DNA of 64,000 nucleotides, taken from contig CAVNZM010000014.1 in assembly GCA_963693365.1 (NCBI GenBank), positions 3,162,001-3,226,000 on the forward strand, in the 5' to 3' direction. The notes under the pieces were generated by a model. That model saw only the letters and a list, made by a program, of their open reading frames with translations, was not told where the DNA came from and made no database searches. Position 1 is the stretch's first letter. Each line of letters opens with the position of its first letter. This DNA is from Amoebidium appalachense. Its lineage: Eukaryota; Protista; Ichthyosporea. Positions 1 to 45,117 of this stretch are shown here, piece by piece. A program made the translations under genes and the position numbers.

Positions 1-273
1 CTCACCCGCTGTCCCTCCCTCCCTCCTCCCCCCTCCCTCCCTCTCCGTTACACTCCCCTATACCTCACCCGCAGCCTCTCCCCCTCCCCCTCTCCTTCCC
101 CTCTCCCCCCACCCCTTCCCCTTTCACCCTCTCTCCGTTACCCCTTTACTCCCCCTTCGCCACCTCCTGCCACACCTTGTTGCCCTGACTGCTCCTCTCC
201 CGCCTGGCCCCCTTCCCCCTCTCCTCCCCTTTCAGCTTCATGAGCCCTCCCTCTCCCCATCCCCCCCCCCCCC

Positions 274-304
<31 letters not shown>

Positions 305-653
305 ACCACCACCACACACACACACACACCTCCCCACCCCCCTGCAGCTTCGTTTTGCATGCAAGATGAATGGGTCGAGATTTGGATACTTTGGATGACT
401 TGGGCCCTTCTTGGATAAGTTCACTTGTAATGCACAATCTTTGCGTATGCTATGTAAAACCTGCATTGTGTGGTGTTGTCGTGAATGTATACCTCGTTCT
501 CTGTAACGCATTTCAACCCATCCCCCCCCTCCCTCCCCCCTCCCCCCCTCCCTCCCCTATTTCTTTCCATCCCCCTCTCCCCCCCTTCCTCCCCTCCCAC
601 CCCGGGGCGTTCCCCTTCACTGGCTGCCTTGATACCCTTGGGGGTGGGTGGGT

Positions 654-698
<45 letters not shown>

Positions 699-1056
699 AG
701 AGGGAGGGGGGGGGGGGGGGGGGGGTTATCGATTTATCTATGTCGCACACAGGCACCATAAACCCTTAGGAAGTCGGTGTCGCCATGACCCTCTTTACCT
801 TCTCCATGAAATTATTTAAAATAAAATGGAAAAAAATAATGATAAAAAAGCTCCTGCCTGGGCATTTCTCGAGGTTATGTCAAGACTTTGTCGTATTGCT
901 CTGCTTTGCTTTCTTTCTTTTTCTCTTCTTCCTCTTTCTTCTCTTTTCCTCTCTCTTTACCTTGCTTTTTTTTTTGGTCCCTCGTACTAAAGCATACATC
1001 CTCCCCCCACATCCCCCCTCACCCCCCCCCCCCCCACCCACCCCCCCCCCCCCCCC

Positions 1057-1092
<36 letters not shown>

Positions 1093-1175
1093 CCCCCCTC
1101 CCCCTTCTTTCCCTCCCTCAAATCACACTCATCCCCAAAACTATCTACATGTGCATCCCCTGTACATGCAAGCAG

Positions 1176-14927
<13,752 letters not shown>

Positions 14928-15250
14928 ACTGTGGTTGTATGTAGTTTAATTGGGAGGGAGAGCCCTGTGTTCCTTGGAACACAGAGTTTTTGTGCTTGTT
15001 AACTTGTACATCGTGCGACAACGGGGAGATGATTGGAGTGTAGTGATGTGTATGCGGGGGTTTACGCTGTTTACTCGAGGCAAAGAGAACCAGTCTCAGG
15101 TATGGGGGGGGGGGGTTTGCTCGGAATATCCCCTCAGCGGTATATCATGATCACGTACATAGATGTCGGGTGGTGACTATATATCAGGGTTTACTTTCTC
15201 TACGAGACACCATAAAGACTACAAGGAGAAATCAATTAGTTGGGGTTCCC

Positions 15251-15295
<45 letters not shown>

Positions 15296-15327
15296 GGGCT
15301 CCCCTCGGGACACTCGGTATCAGCTGG

Positions 15328-15376
<49 letters not shown>

Positions 15377-16135
15377 TGTGTGTGTGTGCGCGTGCGCTAT
15401 AATTTTGTAGTGATGTGTTTCTCAAACCAATCAATACATCTAATAAACAGGTCGTAGTTACGCGTGTTTAGTATAAAATCAAGGATGTTGTAATTTACAG
15501 GTAGGCTATCTTTCTGGGTGTCTGTTGTGAATGTGACGTGTGTGTGTTGCGGTATTATGTGGTCTATCAAACTACATTTGGCGATACATGACCGGTTAAA
15601 CTGGTGTGTGTGTGTGTTGTTTGGGCATGCAAATGATGCCACCTTATACTTATTAGATCTCCACTGTATAGCACGTGTACAGTAAAAGCGTGGTAATTGA
15701 TCAATAATACCATCAGCTAGAGAAAGACCAGTTCTACAGGAAGGTAATATGTATTTAGGTGTTATACACTTGCGAGTGCCATATTTGGCAATATGGTTGA
15801 GGCGGTCAGTATATATAAAACGAGACATAAGGCTTAGTTTTTCAAGGTGTATGCTTTCATCGGGTCTAGTGTCGTGTGGTATCTTTTTCCATTTGTTATA
15901 TTGCGTGATTATCTTGTGATTGTGTACATGTTTAATAAGTAAGTGGCAGTCCAAAGTCACACACACACTATTGCGGGGTTTATTTGTATTTGTGCCCAGG
16001 GGAGAAGGGGAGAGAGAGGGGAGGAAAGAGGGGAGAGGTGAGGAGGGGACAGGTCGGATAGAGAAGAGAGGGTGGGAGGGTATGCTTCTCTGTAAACCTA
16101 AGAAATGAAAAATGGTCACCTTTACAAACTCCCCC

Positions 16136-16166
<31 letters not shown>

Positions 16167-16195
16167 ACACACCCTTTCTCTCTCTCTCCCCCCTT

Positions 16196-16242
<47 letters not shown>

Positions 16243-17091
16243 ACACACACAAACACATGCACATGCACGCACGCACACACACCTTTCTTTTCTTCTCTTT
16301 GATGAAGCAGCTTCAGGGGGAGACTCGGGAGTAACTGTTTTTTTTGCTAGCTACCCAAGTGTACGTATGCAGACAACACACCTTATAGCTCCGCGGGGTT
16401 TTTCTTTTTTTCTTCTCCTTCTCCTCTTACGACTTATCTACGTCGTAGTATGTGTACCTTCTTGTGTATTCCCTGCATAATAACGTATGCGCATGTACAG
16501 TTATGTATATACTCCATCATGTGCATACCAACGTTTAAGTACTTCCTTTTCACTAGTTTAGTTAGAAGCCGTAGGTGTAACAAGAATGCATGTACGAAGA
16601 ACATGAACATGCACAAGTACGAGACCTGATGTCAATACACGTATGCACATGTTCCTGCCATAGTCGATCTGCACCTTGCCCTTGTGATTTGGATGTGCTG
16701 CCCGTGTTTGACAGAGCCCTTCCCCTTCCCCCCCCCCCCCCCCCCCCCCCCCCCTCCCCCCCCCCGCCCCAGGGCGCCTCGCTGCCCCTGTCCCTCAGGT
16801 GAATGATGAACCCCCCATCCCCTCCTTCCCCCCTCTCCCCCTCCCCCCCATTTCCATGCATGGCCATATGATCGTCAATTATATGCATGGGGGCTCCAGC
16901 TATGCTGGGCATAGCTGCTAGCACAGCAAATGATTCATCACTCTAAATAGCTATATAGAGATGTGTGCAACGTGATATGCAAAACCTGCATTGTGCATTT
17001 ATAGATGTCAGTCGTGTTCAACGTGACACAACGTGTATCATCGTAGTACTACCTCGTGACACAATCTCTACAGCAGCCCCTGCCTCCCCCC

Positions 17092-17152
<61 letters not shown>

Positions 17153-17798
17153 CCTCCTCCGCGGGCCTTCCACCAAAAATGAAAGAACTTAAACCGATTG
17201 AACCGAAAAAGAAAAAAAGAGGAAAAAAAAACCGATGCCTAATGTGCCAACCAGTTAGCCAATAAAATTATTTGGGCACCTGTACAAGGGCCTACCATCA
17301 TGTACATAGCGATAGACGTATACACACAAGAACATATTATTATTAACCCGTCCCTCGCCCTCCTCGATTGCAAGCTCCTCTCTCCTCCTTTGATTCTTTT
17401 GCCCACACGCACACACAGCCTGGCACTGTGTCACACGATTAATGCAACTTCGACCGTCAACCTGCCCAGCCAATCCCCCCCCCCCCCCCCCCCCCCCCTC
17501 CCCCCCCCCCCTTCGCCCCCCCCACCCCCCCTCCCTCTCTCCTTCTCCCCCTTAGCCCGGATCAAACTACCAGACTACAAACTACACATGTACACATGCT
17601 GATCTATATCGTACACAATTAGACGTCCAATCAGGGTCACCTACACCCACACCACCACACCTCGTATACACCTCCATACGTGTATGAACCCACGGGCCCA
17701 CACATACACACACACATGCATACCGAGTATCATACAAGAATTAGACACAACACACGAACATTGCACGGCAGTCACCAAGCCTGACTCGCTCTATTCGT

Positions 17799-17843
<45 letters not shown>

Positions 17844-18733
17844 TCCCGTGCCCCCACCCACAAAACACACACGGGACATACCGCACACACGTCACGAATA
17901 CACGCAGGCGCACATATGCATAGAGTATTGGACATAGGTCATTGATTTCAACGTGACTTTTGAATCACTGGGATAGACCTTGGTATTTATTTATTAATCT
18001 GGAGCCCGAGTTGAACAACTAGCATTAAATCCTGGATATACATAATCAAATATCTCAGTATGTGTGACGGTATGGTACGCTAAATTTAGATGCTTGTCGT
18101 TTTTTTCGGCATTTTTTTTTTTTTTTTTTTGGGGGGGGGGGGGGGGGGTCTCAAAGCATTCATTTCTTTTTCAAGTGACACTGTGACACAACTGGGATTC
18201 TTTGCGTTAACAGTAAGCAGTCTCTCGCTTGTGTGCAAAAATCTTAACAAGAATCGAAGGGGTGCATGTGTGCATAATTGTGTCTCCAGGCGTGTGTCTG
18301 TGTTTAAGCCCGTGAAAGAAGGGATTCAAGTGTGTGCGACAGGATGGACATCTCCGTGTTGTGGCAGAGAGAGAGTGTGTGTGTGTGCGTGTGCCCGTGT
18401 GTGTGTGTGTGCGCGCGCTCGCACACACACACGATTGCTTGCGTGCGCGCGCAGACAGACTTGCAGGCACGTGCATGTATCTGTTCTGACTCCCGGCTAT
18501 ATCATGATTCTGTTTCGGACGTACATTCACAAATACACAAAAAAAACCAAACAAACAATGCAAACCATTTTTTTCGGCAGATCGCATGGTTAAGCTGGAG
18601 CAGAGAAAAAACCCCCACCCAATACCAACACACCATACTAACATAGGACCTCGGCAATACGAGATAGATAAACAAGAGAGGTGTAGAATCGCACAGACAA
18701 ACAGCAGTTTTTTCTTGCCGTGTCTTCACAGGT

Positions 18734-25060
<6,327 letters not shown>

Positions 25061-26079
25061 GTTTGCTGCCTTTCCAAAACCTCCAGAGGTGCCTTCCTTA
25101 AACCTACTCCAGAATCGGATAATCCCCTAATGATGCAAGTGTCTTTTTCCTTAGACAAAGCTTCCCTCCACACCTGGCACGTCCTGACCAACAGGCTTCT
25201 AGCCAGCGTAAAACTGCAATTGCCTATTCTACATCGAGAACATTTTTCAGTGCTGTCTCCAAGCGGCTTTCTAACTTGACTTGAAAAAAACAGGATTTGC
25301 GTTGATTGCCGGTCCGACACTCCAGAAGAAAGGGTTGGAAACAGGGTTTGGAATACAAGGACGCCCCCCCCCTCCCCCCCCTTCAGCTTCCTTCAGCTTC
25401 CTTCCCCCCTCCCCCCCCCCCCCCCCCCCAACGAAAAAAAAGGTGTATTAGACTGTGCATCCACCATTGGAAGAACGGCCCCCTTACATCCAGCCTGCGG
25501 AGGTTGACCTGCACGCGTGGGGCGCTGGAAGACAGTTGAGAGAAGTGGGTGATGGTGCATCTTCGTGACCTCGCAGAGAGAAAGTAGTCTGTTGGCCAAG
25601 GTGGCCGGGGGGGAGGAGGGGGGGGAGGGGGGCAGTGGGGAAGAGAAGGGGGCACTTGTCTGACTGCCAGTAGGTGGCTAAGGGATGGCTTGTTTTATTA
25701 GTATTGGTGTGTGAGCGGTGCACCATCATCGTCAGATAAATGGTGGCTGAGCGGGGCAAGCTTGTGCACTCAGTCTAAAACGTCTTGAGGGGTGTATTCT
25801 CAGCGTATCTGAATGCCGGTAAAGATTTGAAAAACCTTTGCCTAACCGAGAAGCTATACCTCCGTAGCACAGGTAGTAACAGAGCTGAAGCGTTTTTTGT
25901 TGGAGAGACGGATGGGGCGGGGGGATAGTCAAGAACAAAGGCAACGCTTTGTGGCGCCGAAACCAGAGGTGCTCCCCTGCGCCACGTGTGCGTGTGCCAG
26001 GTGCGTGTGCGTGTGTTCGTGTCTGTATGTGCCACCGTCACATGGTGTGGGGTGCGTGTATGTACATATACATACGTGT

Positions 26080-26496
26080 TTTTCACAAGGCCTAGAGTAG
26101 GAGGCCTTGGTTTTTCAACGGGGTCTTGTCACTTGTGTATAGCTCTTTCGCTCCGGGCTCGAGCGAACTTTGGCGGGAATTTTTTTAGAATAACCAATTA
26201 ATTTGAATCAAAACCTTAGTAACCATATATAGCTGTACTTTGTAGAAGGCGATTGGCGTAAAATTAGATCGCAGATTCCTCTCAGAATCCTCTGGCTCAC
26301 AAACTGAAAACACAAAAGCACACAAAAAGTCAGCCCTTGAAAAAAGTTCGCACGTGCGGAATAAAAAGTCCGAAACAACTTGGAACAAAGCAACACTATA
26401 AACCAGCGGGAAGTAGCAGCTATAGATAATAGGCCTAAGTTTATATTATTTGCTTGTTTTTGCTTGGTGCCAAGGGGCATATATACAAGCAGCAAA
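26080..26496. promoter_or_regulatory. Probable bidirectional promoter between the HMG gene (-) and the PKA-R gene (+)
   Basis: Microsatellite-free interval between divergently oriented genes; transcription start sites are not determinable from sequence. Confidence 0.4.
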
Positions 26497-37462
<10,966 letters not shown>

Positions 37463-37970
37463 GAATAGAACCCTGGTGCCAAAATAAGACCTTGGCCCCC
37501 GAGGGTGGGATCTGGCAGCCCTGGTGGGTTAATAAGTGAAGGTGTGAGTGGGTGGGGGTTGTTATGAATCATGATGATTTTACATAATCGTGAAACCGTG
37601 TGGTGTGTGGCGGGGTTAATAGGTTCGTTTAATGATGTCTATTAGTAGAACAGGAGTTGGTAGGGATTTTTTGTTAATCCGAGTTAATTTGAGTCGAGGG
37701 GACCGGCAGTGTGCTTAAAATCTTAATACTGAGGTGTACGTGAGCTACACTATTGGGCGGATCATTCGCTTCTTCTTCTTCTTCTTCTTTTGTTATTTTG
37801 CGCCATTCTCTCCTTGATCTTGTTAGTTTGGGCACGTGTGTGTGTCTACGTGTGTGTAGGGTGTGTGTGTGTGTGGGTGTGTGTGTGTGTGTGTGTGCCC
37901 GTGCGCCCGTGCGTGCGTGTGGAATGTGTGTGTGTTTGGTTGGTTGTGCGTGTTTTTTTTTGTTTTGTTT

Positions 37971-38001
<31 letters not shown>

Positions 38002-38883
38002 GAAGGTCTTGTCAGTTCATGTGCTTTTCCGTCGAGGTTCGTGGTCGCCCATTTAAATAATCAGAGCTGACTTTGCTTGACCCCTCCCCCCACCTTCCCC
38101 CACCCAAACAACAACAACCAACCCAAAAAATGTATTATCCAACTTGAACTCACAAGTTATTACTTTGTTGGGATGTTAATAAGCAACGCTGAAAATTTTT
38201 AATCATCAAGATCTCTACATAATGAAAGCAGCGCGGAGGCAAGACACGTGCAAGCTTTAGAGCCTAAAAATGGTGTCGAATAGAAGTAGAGCCGCGTTCT
38301 GGGAATGCAAGGCTGTTCAAAAGAAAAACAATATCGAATAAAAAACGTGGCCCAGTATGACCTGTTTTCCAGAAATTCCAGCAGACAAGCTACACTTTTT
38401 CCTTAAGAATTGCAGGGGCACACCGCCTACCTGCGACCGATATCCACACAACACACAACACACCTTAAAACACAGAAAAACCGTACAACACGACAAATGC
38501 AATATGTCATGTGTATCAACCCTTGTTCAACCACCATGTGTATTATTTCACTTCCACTAAGTTTAGCCGATATACACGCACGACTGTACCAGAATCTTTG
38601 CTCAACCGGCCAGGCTTCTTGGATGACTCAGTAATAACTGTGCTATATATCTAGTTACATCAAGTAAAATGCTGGCTCAATGGAGGGTACTGAACGAACT
38701 GGGAGTTTTTCAAAATTTCACATAGTGAAAAGATGATGTACATGTATCAAGCCTGGACACAGTAGATTTCGATATTTTAAGCCTTTTGGAAAACTAGTGG
38801 CCGTGGCCTGGGAAGTACTGTATGCGCGTTTGTGCATTCCGGTGCGTGCGGTGTGTGCTTCTTGTGTGTGTGTGTGGGTGGAT

Positions 38884-38929
<46 letters not shown>

Positions 38930-39198
38930 AGGAGGGGAGGGGGGGGGGGGGGGGGGGGAGGGGGTTGCTGCTGCAGGAGGGAGATCTGAGACGGGGATTT
39001 ATCGGTTTCTGCCATGGTCAGAGGTGTTATTAAATCATTATTCTGCCTGGTGAGGGCATGTTGCAGTGAAACATATCTCTGTGAGTTCATCATGCCGCTC
39101 TTGAGGCCCAATTGCACTGCAGCCACGACGTGATGATTTGGGTTAAGCCTTCTCCGATTCTATTTGATCTTATTATATAGTTATTAGTATTCATACTT

Positions 39199-40117
39199 CT
39201 ACCGAGCCGCACTCACCCTAAAAACTTCTACCCAAGTTCTTTGCTGAGGCTTGGGCTTGCAGCAGTAGGCCTCATTACAGGGCGTGTCGTTGTCCGTGCG
39301 GGGCTTGCAGGCGTACTGGGCATAGCCGTAGCTGCACTCCACCTTGCTTTCGGCTTGCAGGCGTACTGGGCATAGCCGTAGCTGCACTCCACCTTGCTTT
39401 CGCAGGGCACCAGCGCGACCACAGGCGGGGGCATGGGCTTGCAGCAGTAGTGCACGCTGCATGCGTCGCTGGCCCCCCCGTGCGTCATGAGCGCACAGCT
39501 GTCCTTCGCAAAGCCGTAGGTGCACTTGTTTCTGATGTCGGCCACATACTTGGCGCAGGACATGTACATGTAGAACGGAGGAGGCTCGGCATGTGTGGTG
39601 GTGGCTGCTGCGGTGGTGGGGATATGCATGGGCTTGCAGCAGTAGTTGACGTTGCATTAATCGCTGGATCCCATGCATGGCCGCCGACCCGTACGCGCAG
39701 CACTGTCCTGCGCAAGGCCGTGGATGCACTCTTCGTGGATGCGGTCCACATATAGCTGGCACAGGATATGAACGAGGGACCGGGTCCCTTGGTGGTGGTG
39801 GGGGTGGTGGGGGTGGGGGTGGGGGTGGTGGTCGTGGTGGTCGTGGCCGTGGCCGTGGTGGTCGTGGGGGCAGCCGTGGTGGTGGTGGTGGTGATGGTGG
39901 TGGTGGTGGGTTTTGGCTGGACACAGCAGAAATTCTCCATGCAGGGGGTGGTGGAGTCAGGATAGTTGGGCTTGCAGCGGGCAATCTTATTGGGGTTCTT
40001 TACATTGCGGTTGTATTCATTGCATGTGACCACCTGGTCGCAGCTCACGAACTTCCGGAAGCTCCGTGCCTCGGCACCAACAACGGCGGCGACGAAGAGG
40101 ACGGCAAGGAACTTCAT
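39199..40117 (-). pseudogene. Secreted 6-Cys-module/Thr-rich family paralogue A (4 modules), disrupted
   Basis: Signal peptide MKFLAVLFVAAVVGAEA, intact module 1 and Thr tract. Then a 2-nt insertion near 39750, a TAA at 39657-39659 in the homologous frame, and a ~49-bp tandem duplication near 39302-39400 that shifts frame. Confidence 0.75.
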
Positions 40118-40702
40118 GTTGATGGGTTTTAGGCTGCAAACCAGAAGATGCCATGATGTGTTTTGGCCGTGTGTCGGGCGCCTTTATAGCGTCTTTCCCC
40201 ACCTGCCTGCAGGTACGTCACGTGGATCCTGCACCTCACTCATCTCGCACTCATCCACGGCCTGCAGCGCTGTATACATGTACATGCTAGAGTGCCGTGA
40301 CTCATCACTGGGTGGAATCAAACCCTCATGCATGCATATCATTGTGTATTCTTTAGACCATACAATGGCCACCATGCATCCGTGGGGTTTTTTTTAGAAT
40401 CCACGCATTTGGCAACATTGAAAAAGAACGAAAAGGCTTTCACATACTTTTCAATCAAATTACTGCTCCATATCGACAATATTACAATTACACATGTTCC
40501 TGGAGAGTACATTTTTGCAACACGCTTGCACAAGTATCCAAACCCTGGCCACACGCACCCTGACACACACTCTCAGACTCCTCTGTAGCAAACACACACA
40601 CACAATTTTTTATTTCCTTCCTCTTGTATACACAAGCAGAAGTAGAAAACTCAGGCTGTGCTGCCCGTTTTTGGTACGTATAGCCTGTGCCACGGGCCGC
40701 CC

Positions 40703-40740
<38 letters not shown>

Positions 40741-40754
40741 GAATTTAATATCTC

Positions 40755-40786
<32 letters not shown>

Positions 40787-43410
40787 GCCCGGATATCTTC
40801 ATTTTTCCCCAGCCTCGGTAGAGTCTAGAATTTTTACTTCTTTCAAAAATCTAGACGCTAGAATCATAAGTGAATAACTTATTAGTGATCAACAACTGTA
40901 ACACATAACGCTTTACATTATCGGTATAGGAAGATCACATTTCACACCCTGGAACAGATCGGAATTCGGAGATAAAGTATGTGGCAGACAGTGTGAGCCG
41001 TGCATTTCATTGGCTCGGCTAAATCACAATCACCGCAAACAGTCGGCACACGCAAAACCACGATACTTACATAATCATCAAAAACCAGGCTCATATCAAT
41101 CTCGCATGACCAAAATACGTCACGTGGACTATTTTATATACCTATGACGAAACCTTTGAACAAAAAAAAAAGGAATTAAAGTCTCTAATATCGATGTTTC
41201 AAAACCAAATTGCAAAAATACCGATCAACATTCGGATCATAGCCAGGCCTTTGCAATCGTATGATTGGCCACCATGGGCCCGGGTCGATTCCATCGCCTG
41301 CGGCAACATACAAACAAGGTAGGCAACATACTATGTTGAGCGGGCCAGGCCGCAGGGAGACAGCACTCAAAGTGACTACTGAAAACGGTCTCCAATTAGA
41401 ATTAGGCAGACTTTGCAGCACGAGTATGTAGAAGCCTTGGAGAGTGGAGCTCCGGCATGGCGGCCAGGCAGTCATACGATTGCAAATGCCTGGCTTCGAT
41501 CCGATTGGAAACCGTTTACTACGGAATTCGAATGGTATTTTGGGGCGGCCCCGCCAAACATCTTAAACTCCTTTTTTTTGTTCGAAAGCTTCATCATAGG
41601 TATAAATTCCAAGTGGCGAATCATGGCCTTGTTTTTGATGATTAAAGCATCGTGATATCGATAAAAAACACGGCTCGCACATACAGTACTGTACCTTTTG
41701 ATCAGGGTATGATGTTGCAAATGTGACAGCCCTGGGGGTGGTTCACTATAGTATGAGCGTGTAATATTTTTGAAAGATCCTAGCCGAGGCTGGGGGGGGG
41801 GGGGGGGGGGGGGGGGGGGGATTAAGATATTCGAGGCGCGGGGGGGGGGGGGGGGGGGGGGGGGAAGAAGCAAGGCCCGTGGCTTCTACCAAAAACAGGC
41901 CCGGGCAGCACAGCCTGAGTTTTCTTCTTCTGCTAAATACAAGACGAAATGATCAAAACTTGAAATCATAGTATGTACATGTGTGTGTTTGCTACTTGAA
42001 GTCATCATCATGAGAGTGTGTGTTGATGTGTCACTGACCGTCGCCTACGTGCGGGTTTGGATATGTACGTGTGCAAGCCGCGCCCCAGGAGGGGGGGGGG
42101 GGGGGGGGGGGGGTGAGAGGGGGGGGGGGGGGGAGGAGGGGAGGGGGGGGGGAGGGGAGGGGGGGGGGAGGGGAGGGCCGGGGGTATCAAATTAAAGGCA
42201 TAGGATTATAATGAACCTATGTACATACTGAGCCTCCTGAAACTAGACTCTACCCCCGATTTCCCTGTTACTGTAACGGTTATCTTATTGGTGAACCACC
42301 TCTGTAGTTTTAAAATCAGGAAAGTGTAATATTGTTGATATGGAACAGTAATGTGATTAAAATGTTTGTGAAAGCTCTTTTCGTTCTTTTTCTATTTTGC
42401 CAAATGCGTAACTTCATCCAAAAATGCATGGTCGTACATATTAAAAAGTACACATACAGTATGTGCATGGTGCCGGTTATAATTATGATCGGACAATATT
42501 AGGGGATTCCTGGACAAACAGGGGATTCCACCCGGTGAGTGATCATGAGTCGCGACCCTCTGGTGTTCTGCAGAGGGCCGTGGACTGTGCGAGATGAGTG
42601 AGGTGCGGATCGACGTGACGTACCTGCAGGCAGTGTACAGGCAGGTGGGGCAGGACGGTATAAAGGCGCCTGACACACCGTCAAAATGCATCTCACATCC
42701 TCTGGTCTGCAGCTTATTAATGTTAAAACCCACCATCATCATGAAGTTCCTTGCCGTCCTCTCCGTCGCCGCGGCGGCAGTTGTTGGTGCCGAGGCCAAG
42801 AAGTTCGTGAGCTGCGACCAGGTGGTCACATGAATGAATACAACCGCGACTCAAAGCACCCCAAAAACAATGCCCGCTGCAAGCCCAACTACCCTGCCTC
42901 CGCCACTCCCTGCACGGAGAATTTCTGCTGCGTCCAGCCTATGCCCGTGACCACTTGGTCCACCACCGTCACCACGTCCACCACGCCTTCCCCCACGACC
43001 ACCACCACCACCACCACCACGACCTCCACGCCTTCCCCCCCCTGACGACCACCACCACCACCACCACCACCACCACCACCACCACCACCACCACCACCAT
43101 CACCACGCCTGCCCCCACAACCACCACCACCACCACCACCACCACCACCACCACCACCACCACCACCACCACCACCACCACCACCACCACCACCGCTGCT
43201 ACCACCACCACCAAGGCCCTGCCTCGACGATCGTGTCCTGCGCCAGCTATTTGGCCGGCCTCAACACCGTGTGCATCTACGGCAATGCACAGGACTACTG
43301 CGTGCTCGGGCCGGGCGTGGGGTCCAGCGACGCATGCAGGGTTAACTACTCCTGCAAGCCCATGCCCAACGAGCCTTATATCCATGGCCTGCCGGTGCCC
43401 TGCGACAGCC
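39230..43410. repeat. ~4.2-kb imperfect inverted duplication (foldback palindrome) centred near 41365
   Basis: Inverted homology runs from the A/B CDSs through the promoters, AGAAAACTCAGGCTGTGCTGCCCG (40652 vs 41900-41925), ATCATCAAAAAC and TATACCTATGA..AACAAAAAAAAGGA, to AGCCAGGC.TTTGCAATCGTATGA (41240 vs 41470-41495). Confidence 0.85.
42741..43410 (+). pseudogene. Secreted 6-Cys-module/Thr-rich family paralogue B, frameshifted and 3'-truncated
   Basis: MKFLAVLSVAAAAVVGAEAKKFVSCDQVVT, then ACA-TGA where paralogue A has ACA-TGC-AAT (1-nt deletion near 42833). Further frameshifts occur, and homology stops at the start of the last module near 43410. Confidence 0.75.
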
Positions 43411-43808
43411 CTCCCTCTACCCACCCATGTACCCGCCCGCCCGCCCGCCTGCCCATTCACCCCAACCCCGTGAACCCCACCCCACCCCATCCTCCTGCCC
43501 CAATTCCAAACCCCTCCCCTCCCCTTCCCCCCAAAAAAAGTATAAAAAAAAATAAAAGAAAAGAAAAAGTGTAAGCGGCACCATGTTGCACTTCTTGCCA
43601 GGGAAGTTACCAGCCCCCTCATTGTGATCACCAGACTGTTGTCTGTCACGGAATAACGAGAAAAAAAAAAAAGAAAGAAAAAAAGTAGGACTTTTTTTCT
43701 TGTTTTAAAAAAACCGAACCAGCTGCCGTTCCTATTAAAGAAACTAGAGCGAGACTCAGTGGGGGTTGGTTAGTCTATCTGTCCATGCATGCGCTTATTA
43801 ACGACTAA

Positions 43809-44006
43809 GGGTTCAAACAGACTACGTACCCCGTCAGACTAGCGAGATTTAGCCGCCGCCGGCTAAGATTGCTATGCTATATGACGTCACACCAGTTTGC
43901 TACCATATTTAGTAAGAAATCGGTAAACGTCACATATCATAGCAATCTTAGCCGACGGCGGCTAAATTTTTCTAGTCTGACCGGGTACGTAGTCTGTTTT
44001 GAAGCC
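43809..44006. mobile_element. Foldback MITE (~200-bp near-perfect palindrome)
   Basis: GGGTTCAAACAGACTACGTACCCCGTCAGACTAG..ATTTAGCCGCCGCCGGCTAAGATTGCTATG pairs with CATAGCAATCTTAGCCGACGGCGGCTAAAT..CTAGTCTGACCGGGTACGTAGTCTGTTTTGAAGCC. Confidence 0.85.
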
Positions 44007-44683
44007 TTGCATTAAGCAGTTTGTAACCCGTCTTGTGTGTAGTTGTTATTGTTCATTAACACCCGATTGGGCCAGAGGAGAGCTTCGTTTACGTTCTATT
44101 TAAGGTCCTCGATATGACGTCATTGAATGATGGTGCAATCTTCTTTTCCAGGCAGACATAAATCACCAGATATGGTAATCCTAATGAAAAAACGATGCAT
44201 GTCATTGAGATTCGCCAGGTGGCCATTTGCAGTGGAGTTTGAAAATGAATGGGGCCAGGCAGCGAGGCCATTTCTTGTAAACACATTCTTTGCTTTATCT
44301 TGAGACTTTGACATAATGCAACCAAATTTTTTTAAGCTAAGGCTTTGCCAGACCTCTAATTCGTATGATTGTGTTACTGTACACCGCCAAATTGTGATCT
44401 TGCTACTAGTAGGTGGCTTAGTAAAAGTGGGCTCACATACATCTGTACACAGCGTTATCCATATGTAGACTGGGTCAGAGATTTTCTCTCAATTTGAACA
44501 GTGGAAAGATGGCGAGTATCAAGTCTGGACACAACAGGATAACATTTTTAAAGGTGACTTGCGGAAAGTATCCGTGTGTGTGTGGGTGTGGGTGGGTGGG
44601 CGTGTGTGTGCATGTGTGCATTTGTGACTGTGCGCGCGCATGTGTGCCTGCTTTCGTGCGTGCGTGTGTGCGTGTGTGCGTGT

Positions 44684-44714
<31 letters not shown>

Positions 44715-45117
44715 GTTGAGAGGGGAGAGGGGAAGGATGCTGCTGCAGGAGAAATAGGACGGATATTTTTGGGTCGTTAGTTAGTCAGATCTCGAGGTCT
44801 TTCTGATTCATGTCGGTACGCTAGCATGTTGCAGTGCAACATTTTTGTTAACTTGAAGTTCATATCAGGCCCATTGCACAATGAAGGGTTGGATCGAGAT
44901 CTTTCGATTTTATTTTCATAACTCACTATACGTTATTATCATGGACACCGTAGCATATGCATGCATCAGTGCCACTAATGGGGGACTAAAGAAGAATACG
45001 CAATATAGATCTCGTCACCGACAGGATCAAACGTGTTGCTCATTATTAGTGCGACCTTCATTCCTAATGTTCCGAGCAACCATCAATTAACCCAGTTCCC
45101 AGTACTAAGTTCTCTGC

